A model generated the notes under the pieces. The model searched no databases. It saw only the letters and a program-made list of their open reading frames with translations, and was not told where the DNA came from. From Escherichia coli (GTDB lineage: Bacteria; Pseudomonadota; Gammaproteobacteria; Enterobacterales; Enterobacteriaceae), in the NCBI RefSeq assembly GCF_003334255.1, contig NZ_QOWU01000042.1: a stretch of DNA of 47,091 nucleotides; one strand, 5' to 3'. Shown here piece by piece: positions 42,626 to 47,091 of the stretch (positions are counted from its first letter, which is position 1; every line of letters starts with the position of its first letter). A program made the position numbers and the translations under genes.

Positions 42626-44128
42626 TTACCTTCTTCTCCCTCCCAGCAAACTCCCCAACATCCCGCGTACAATCTGATTCGTCACCTGGCGAGCGGCGCT
42701 TTTGGCCATTGTCTGCACCACACCATCTTTCTTCCCGCCGCGTGGTCCGGTAGTGCCGAACAAAATATCCTTCAATCCACCAAGAATGCCGTCATCTACC
42801 GCTATCTCTTTCCCTTTCGCTGGAGGATTATTTTGCTGTTCAATACTCGCCTGTACGCCTTTTTGCAACATCTCATAGGCGGATTCCCGGTCCACGTCAT
42901 CCTCGTACTTGCCATACACCGGGGAGTGGTTAATCAAGCCATTGCGCTCATCTTCCGTCACCGGTCCCATCCGCGAACAAGGCGCAATCACCATCGCCCG
43001 TTCCACCACAGAAGGACTTCCTTTTGCATCGAGAAACGAGATTAACGCCTCGCCGGTCCCCAGTTCCTGGATTGCCTTTTCGGTATCAAACGCCGGATTG
43101 GCCCGCATGGTTTGCGCCGCAGCTTTTACCGCTTTCTGATCTTTGGGCGTAAAAGCCCGCAAAGCGTGTTGAATGCGATTACCTAGCTGGCCGAGCACAT
43201 TATCCGGAATATCAGACGGGTTTTGCGAAACGAACCAGACGCCCACGCCTTTTGAGCGAATAAGCCTTATCACCTGCTCAATCTTATCCAGCAGTACCTG
43301 CGGGGCATCGTTAAACAGCAGATGTGCCTCGTCGAAGAAAAACACCAGTTTTGGTTTCTCCAGATCGCCCGCTTCCGGCAATTGTTCATACAACTCCGAG
43401 AGCATCCACAACAGGCTGGCGGCATACAGTTTCGGCATCTGATAAAGCTTCTCGGCGCTGAGGATATTGATAACGCCTTTACCGTTGGCATCGGTGCGCA
43501 TCCAGTCTTTGATATCCAGCATCGGCTCACCAAAGAAGTGTGCTGCGCCTTGCTGTTCCAGCGACAACAGCCCGCGCTGGATGGCACCAACCGATGCGCT
43601 ACTGATATTTCCGTACTGATTCTGGAAAGATTTGGCGTTATCGCCGATGTACTGGGTAATCGCCCGCAAATCTTTAAAGTCGAGCAGTAACAGCCCCTGA
43701 TCGTCAGCAATGCGGAAGATGATATTCAGCACGCCAGACTGCACATCGTTGAGATTCAACAGCCGCGCCAGCAACAGCGGCCCCAGGTCTGAAACCGTCG
43801 CCCGCACCGGATGGCCTTTCTCGCCAAAGATATCCCACACCACCACCGGATTGGCATGCGGTTGCCAGTCATTGACGCCGATATTTTTAAGCCTTGTGAG
43901 CAGTTTTTCCGACGCCGTTCCTGCCTGCGCGATACCGGTCAGATCGCCTTTCACATCAGCCATAAACACCGGCACGCCGATTTCCGACAATGACTCTGCC
44001 AGTTTTTGCAGCGTAACGGTTTTACCCGTCCCCGTTGCGCCAGTAATCAGCCCGTGACGGTTAGCCATTCCCGGCAGTAAAAACAGTTCTGTGTCCGGCG
44101 TGCGGGCAATTAACAGGGGTTCGCTCAT
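42626..44128 (-). CDS. yjgR: P-loop NTPase YjgR (DUF853 family)
   Basis: The start at [37 protein letters not shown] (ATG 44128, GGAGGA upstream) gives 500 aa, matching K-12 YjgR. Confidence 0.95.
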   Translation of the reverse strand: MSEPLLIARTPDTELFLLPGMANRHGLITGATGTGKTVTLQKLAESLSEIGVPVFMADVKGDLTGIAQAGTASEKLLTRLKNIGVNDWQPHANPVVVWDIFGEKGHPVRATVSDLGPLLLARLLNLNDVQSGVLNIIFRIADDQGLLLLDFKDLRAITQYIGDNAKSFQNQYGNISSASVGAIQRGLLSLEQQGAAHFFGEPMLDIKDWMRTDANGKGVINILSAEKLYQMPKLYAASLLWMLSELYEQLPEAGDLEKPKLVFFFDEAHLLFNDAPQVLLDKIEQVIRLIRSKGVGVWFVSQNPSDIPDNVLGQLGNRIQHALRAFTPKDQKAVKAAAQTMRANPAFDTEKAIQELGTGEALISFLDAKGSPSVVERAMVIAPCSRMGPVTEDERNGLINHSPVYGKYEDDVDRESAYEMLQKGVQASIEQQNNPPAKGKEIAVDDGILGGLKDILFGTTGPRGGKKDGVVQTMAKSAARQVTNQIVRGMLGSLLGGRRR

Positions 44129-44257
44129 GAGATTTCCTCCAGTTTCCTGCCTGGAGTATAGGCAACGGCTGTGCACTCTTCACCGCTAAATTCAGCAGAT
44201 TGCGAGACGCCTTCCAAAGAGATTTAAGTGCCGGGCGACAGGCACCCGGCAAAGGGA

Positions 44258-44392
44258 TCAGAAGTCGGCTTTCAGGACCACGCGGTAGCGCGCTTTACCA
44301 TCGCGTACATGCTGGATGGCGTCGTTAATTTTCGACATCGGGAACAGTTCGCCGCCCGCTTCTTTTGCGGCATAGCTTTTTATCATCGACAT
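44258..44392 (-). pseudogene. ahr: ahr (yjgB) remnant: in-frame fusion of the first 16 and last 28 codons of the Zn-dependent aldehyde reductase
   Basis: It encodes [16 protein letters not shown]|[28 protein letters not shown]. Both halves match the termini of K-12 Ahr (339 aa) as I recall it. The native terminator hairpin gccggg...cccggc lies at 44231-44250. Confidence 0.8.
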
Positions 44393-44530
44393 TTTTGGGT
44401 CCTTCTCTGGTGTTGTTTGGGAAGTGTAGAGCATGGCAGGGCGGGGTGCCTGGAGTGTGACAAAGGTTACATATCGCTGAGTGTAATGCTGAAAATTTCA
44501 GCACTTAGCGAGGTGGGTGCAAGCTGGCGC

Positions 44531-44558
44531 TTGCATGGTGGCGTGCGACAGGTATAAT
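44531..44558 (+). promoter_or_regulatory. leuX promoter
   Basis: -35 ttgcat (44531-44536), 16-nt spacer, -10 tataat (44553-44558), about 30 nt upstream of the mature tRNA 5' end. Confidence 0.7.
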
Positions 44559-44587
44559 CCACAACGTTTTCCGCATACCTCTTCAGT

Positions 44588-44672
44588 GCCGAAGTGGCGA
44601 AATCGGTAGACGCAGTTGATTCAAAATCAACCGTAGAAATACGTGCCGGTTCGAGTCCGGCCTTCGGCACCA
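44588..44672 (+). tRNA. leuX: tRNA-Leu (anticodon CAA)
   Basis: gccgaagtggcgaaatcggtagacgcagttgattCAAaatcaaccgtagaaatacgtgccggttcgagtccggccttcggcacca. It has a long variable arm, the anticodon at 44622-44624 and an encoded CCA. Confidence 0.97.
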
Positions 44673-44904
44673 AGTTACTAAATTCCTTACAATACAGTTA
44701 GTTAGACGATTAAATCTGTCTCTTTTGCCTGTAAGAAATGCTCTGTTATGTCCCTTGAAAAAGCCGCTGTGGTTGATAGTGGTAATTGGGATGTTAACTC
44801 ATAGCGGCGTGTCGTTCCAAGCGTCAAACACGTACTGACTCAACTTGAAAGCTATGACGTAGCCACCGTCTCTAAACAATCCCAAAACTTTTAGTGCAGC
44901 GCAT

Positions 44905-45120
44905 TTTAGCCCGATGCCCCCATTCTGTCGCCGTCGCGAGACGCCGCAGGGGATAAACAGGTTTATGGTGGTCACGGTACTTGCAGACCATATGCAAGCT
45001 CTGCCAGCGGTTCGGCCTCGCTCCCCTTGGGTACATGGTCATCCTGATAAGCCTCACTAACTGACATAACCCTGATGAAGTCGCAAGAGGCTCCGCTTGT
45101 TGTCTTACCACCAACGGGGC
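44905..45120. other. GC-rich non-coding block with multiple complementary segments (candidate structured RNA or gene relic)
   Basis: It is embedded in AT-rich DNA. Local hairpin cttgca/tgcaag (44980-44985 / 44993-44998). agcctc/gaggct (45050-45055 / 45087-45092). Long-range tggtggt/accacca (44966-44972 / 45107-45113). No convincing ORF in any frame. Confidence 0.3.
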
Positions 45121-45205
45121 TTTATGGATTCTATTGCTTAATATATGATTGTATCAAACTTAGACTGCATAATTTAAACGAACATAACAATCAGGCAGGG
45201 GAAGA

Positions 45206-46030
45206 ATGATAAAGCCATTTTCTGTGAGGTATGGTCATGTTGACGTTAGAGAGCATGTCCAGCTGAATGATCTTAATTCTGATACACGCATGGCATTGTG
45301 GAATTGCTTATATCTTTTCCTTTGGACTAACAATCGTCAAACTGCTACAGCAACAAAATGTGCGCAGTCTGTGTGGATATATTATCTAAATCAACCTGCG
45401 GATAATATTCCTCGTTATGAAAGTGGATACAAAAGTGATAAGACGTTGCTGACTGCTATCCGAGATTATATATATGGGGAAGCATGGTATTTGGTATATG
45501 ATTTAATTGAGTTCATCATTGAGAGAACTAATTCATATATTAATCTATCGAAGCATCTCAATTCCATCTTTAAAAAGCATGGCGTTGGTTATACCATAAT
45601 AAATGGTTGTATTACTCCTATTTCAAATGATAACGAAATTGAAAGTGTTCAGAACGCAGTTGATAATGGCACTGATTCATCGCGTAGCCATTTCGAAAGG
45701 GCGTTACAACTAATGACGGATAGAGAGCAGCCAGACTACAGAAACTCGATTAAAGAGTCTATCTCTGCAATTGAATCTTTATGCAGGAAAATCACGGGCA
45801 ATGATAAAGGAACCTTGGGGGCTTGTCTTAAAGCTATAGAGGAAAAAGGATATATACACTCTGCAATGAAAGGCGCTTTTAGTCAGCTCTATGGTTATAC
45901 AAGTGATCAGGGTGGAATACGTCATGCGCTAACAGAAGAAGATGTAAATCCTACCTTAGCTGAAGCTAAATTTATGTTAGTCACTTGCAGTGCGTTCAGT
46001 AATTATCTGTTGTCAAAAATAAGTGATTAA
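45206..46030 (+). CDS. AbiJ-like protein: AbiJ-type N-terminal domain plus HEPN/Abi_C-like C-terminal domain (274 aa)
   Basis: ATG follows GGGGAAG. The N-terminus FSVRYGHVDVREHVQLNDLNSDTRMALWNCLYLFLW resembles the AbiJ N-terminal domain pattern (FS.R.G....IQ.d....LRN.LWN) as I recall it. The C-terminus LYGYTSDQGGIRHALTEE plus a helical tail resembles the HEPN-like Abi_C motif. No search was run. Confidence 0.55.
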   Translation: MIKPFSVRYGHVDVREHVQLNDLNSDTRMALWNCLYLFLWTNNRQTATATKCAQSVWIYYLNQPADNIPRYESGYKSDKTLLTAIRDYIYGEAWYLVYDLIEFIIERTNSYINLSKHLNSIFKKHGVGYTIINGCITPISNDNEIESVQNAVDNGTDSSRSHFERALQLMTDREQPDYRNSIKESISAIESLCRKITGNDKGTLGACLKAIEEKGYIHSAMKGAFSQLYGYTSDQGGIRHALTEEDVNPTLAEAKFMLVTCSAFSNYLLSKISD

Positions 46031-46048
46031 TTACAGGTTTATAGTTAC

Positions 46049-46069
46049 GAGTGGGTTAGTTACCCACTC
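46049..46069. terminator. hairpin between the convergent island genes
   Basis: gagtgggt-tagtt-acccactc (8-bp stem) followed by cctttaaaatt. Confidence 0.55.
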
Positions 46070-46078
46070 CCTTTAAAA

Positions 46079-46651
46079 TTATTCACCAGACTCTAATCTT
46101 TTTTCTCTTTTCTCATCTCTCCTTTTTATTGCCAAATCGTGTTGCTCTTGCAGATACGTGCGTTCTTCGTTTCTATCGCTTGAAGTATATACGTCTGCTT
46201 TTACTTTTTTAGCTCCTTGTGCAATAGGTTTCCAATCCTCTCTTATACCTTTAATTTGTTCTGCAATTTGCGTCAATGGGCTTCTCGCTCCTAGATAACT
46301 TATTCCTTCAAATGTCGCCATGTCATACACATATTCATTTGTTTCTCTATCGTTTGATTTAGGTTTGCTTGCCCAGCTTATATTAATATTATAAATTTGA
46401 TCTTTGATTTGTTCATACTTACAGAGATTGCTGGTAAGTGATTGCCCATTTTTTAACACGCTTACCTTACTAAACGGAATCTCACTTTTTTCTCTATGCT
46501 CCGCATTTACTAGTGGAGGATCAAACACAACCTCAACATTATAGGCAGGTGCGTTCCCTGTATTAGCAATGTTAATATCAAAGTAAAAAGCGGCCCAAGG
46601 GTTTGGCTCAAGTGTTACAACTATATGGGGTTGAGCTGATGCGTCAACCAT
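46079..46651 (-). CDS. hypothetical protein (190 aa from ATG 46651); predicted beta-rich N-terminal part and highly charged helical tail; 5' end uncertain
   Basis: ORF 46079..46705, but codons upstream of about 46672 are encoded by the IS911 terminal repeat. The listed GTG start at 46705 is therefore fortuitous. The first native ATG is at 46651 (MVDASAQPHIVVTLEPNPW...). No family recognised. Confidence 0.5.
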   Translation of the reverse strand: MVDASAQPHIVVTLEPNPWAAFYFDINIANTGNAPAYNVEVVFDPPLVNAEHREKSEIPFSKVSVLKNGQSLTSNLCKYEQIKDQIYNINISWASKPKSNDRETNEYVYDMATFEGISYLGARSPLTQIAEQIKGIREDWKPIAQGAKKVKADVYTSSDRNEERTYLQEQHDLAIKRRDEKREKRLESGE

Positions 46652-46679
46652 TCTTTTTGTCTCGTCTGCTCTGAAGTGG

Positions 46680-47014
46680 TGAAGTGGTTTACTGAATTTG
46701 GCCACCTGAACAGAGGTGATATGCTCACCTCAGAACAACACAGGTGCTCCAATGAAAAAAAGAAATTTTAGCGCAGAGTTTAAACGCGAATCCGCTCAAC
46801 TGGTTGTTGACCAGACATACACGGTGGCAGATGCCGCCAAAGCTATGGATGTTGGCCTTTCCACAATGACAAGATGGGTCAAACAACTGCGTGATGAGCG
46901 TCAGGGCAAAACACCAAAAGCCTCTCCGATAACACCAGAACAAATCGAAATACGTAAGCTGAGGAAAAAGCTACAACGCATTGAAATGGAGAATGAAATA
47001 TTAAAAAAGGCTAC
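46680..47014 (+). mobile_element. IS911 (IS3 family), left end and 5' part only, truncated by an IS30-family insertion
   Basis: The left terminal repeat tgaagtggtttactgaatttggccacctgaacagagg and orfA are near-identical to K-12 IS911 (insN) as recalled. The terminal octamer tgaagtgg occurs twice in tandem (46672-46679 and 46680-46687), so the exact end is ambiguous. Confidence 0.85.
46752..47014 (+). pseudogene. insN: IS911 orfA (InsN) interrupted after ...[10 protein letters not shown]
   Basis: [88 protein letters not shown]. The frame then runs into unrelated IS30-like terminal sequence. Confidence 0.85.
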
Positions 47015-47091
47015 TGTAGATTCAATCTGTCAATGCAACACCCCTTTCAATTATCTCTTTCGGTGTTTTGAACTTCAGTGTCTTTCTCGGT
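47015..47091 (-). mobile_element. IS30-family element, terminal inverted repeat plus the 3' end of the transposase gene (runs off the window)
   Basis: tgtagattcaatctgtcaatgcaaca resembles the IS30 terminal repeat (tgtagattcaattggtcaacgcaaca as recalled). The minus strand encodes ...[22 protein letters not shown] with its stop at 47022-47024 inside the repeat. Confidence 0.6.

Noticed and set aside
42490-42672. 60-aa minus-strand ORF.
   Set aside because: It is a translation of the GC-rich intergenic repeat (PHPNPLPKGARGP) and overlaps the 3' ends of lptG and yjgR.
44467-44673. 68-aa minus-strand ORF.
   Set aside because: It is antisense to the leuX tRNA gene and its promoter.
45009-45021. 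ggttcggcctcgc, which loosely resembles the leuX T-arm/acceptor 3' end (ggttcgagtccggccttcggc) and might be a degenerate att repeat.
   Set aside because: The match needs a 5-nt gap plus mismatches, which is too weak to call an attachment-site remnant.
44872-45114. 80-aa minus-strand ORF inside the GC-rich block.
   Set aside because: It has no SD, and its Arg/Cys/Trp-rich composition is not protein-like. The region is treated as non-coding.
46725-46943. 72-aa minus-strand ORF.
   Set aside because: It is antisense to IS911 orfA.

Overview
The window is Escherichia coli chromosome, collinear with the K-12 ppa-to-leuX region as I remember it. I recognise the core genes from their protein sequences: ppa, ytfQRT-yjfF, fbp, mpl, yjgA, pmbA, cybC, nrdDG, treRBC, mgtL-mgtA, ridA, pyrLBI, yjgH, bdcAR, tabA, yjgL, argI, rraB, yjgM, yjgN, valS-holC, pepA, lptFG, yjgR and leuX. 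Many REP/BIME clusters and known regulatory sites are also present. No database search was possible, so all family calls rest on recall and on motifs visible in the sequence. Three places depart from the K-12 layout. (1) Positions 1-2982 are the integrase end of a P2-like prophage. It carries a cox-like gene, a divergent C repressor and int. The immunity module is duplicated in tandem, giving two C-type repressors with unrelated HTH halves and a 100-bp perfectly identical 3' block. An orphan plus-strand gene converges on cox. (2) Between yjgR and leuX the idnRTOD-idnK cluster is absent, and ahr is reduced to an in-frame 44-codon remnant. (3) The segment after leuX (44673 to the window end) is AT-rich and has no integrase. 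It contains a GC-rich non-coding block with many complementary segments, an AbiJ-like (NTD plus HEPN-type C-terminus) gene, and a convergent gene of unknown function. It also holds an IS911 copy abutting that gene's 5' end, itself interrupted by an IS30-family end. The leuX-adjacent pair and the stacked P2 immunity cassette are the best candidates for undescribed biology. Neither can be proven from sequence alone.
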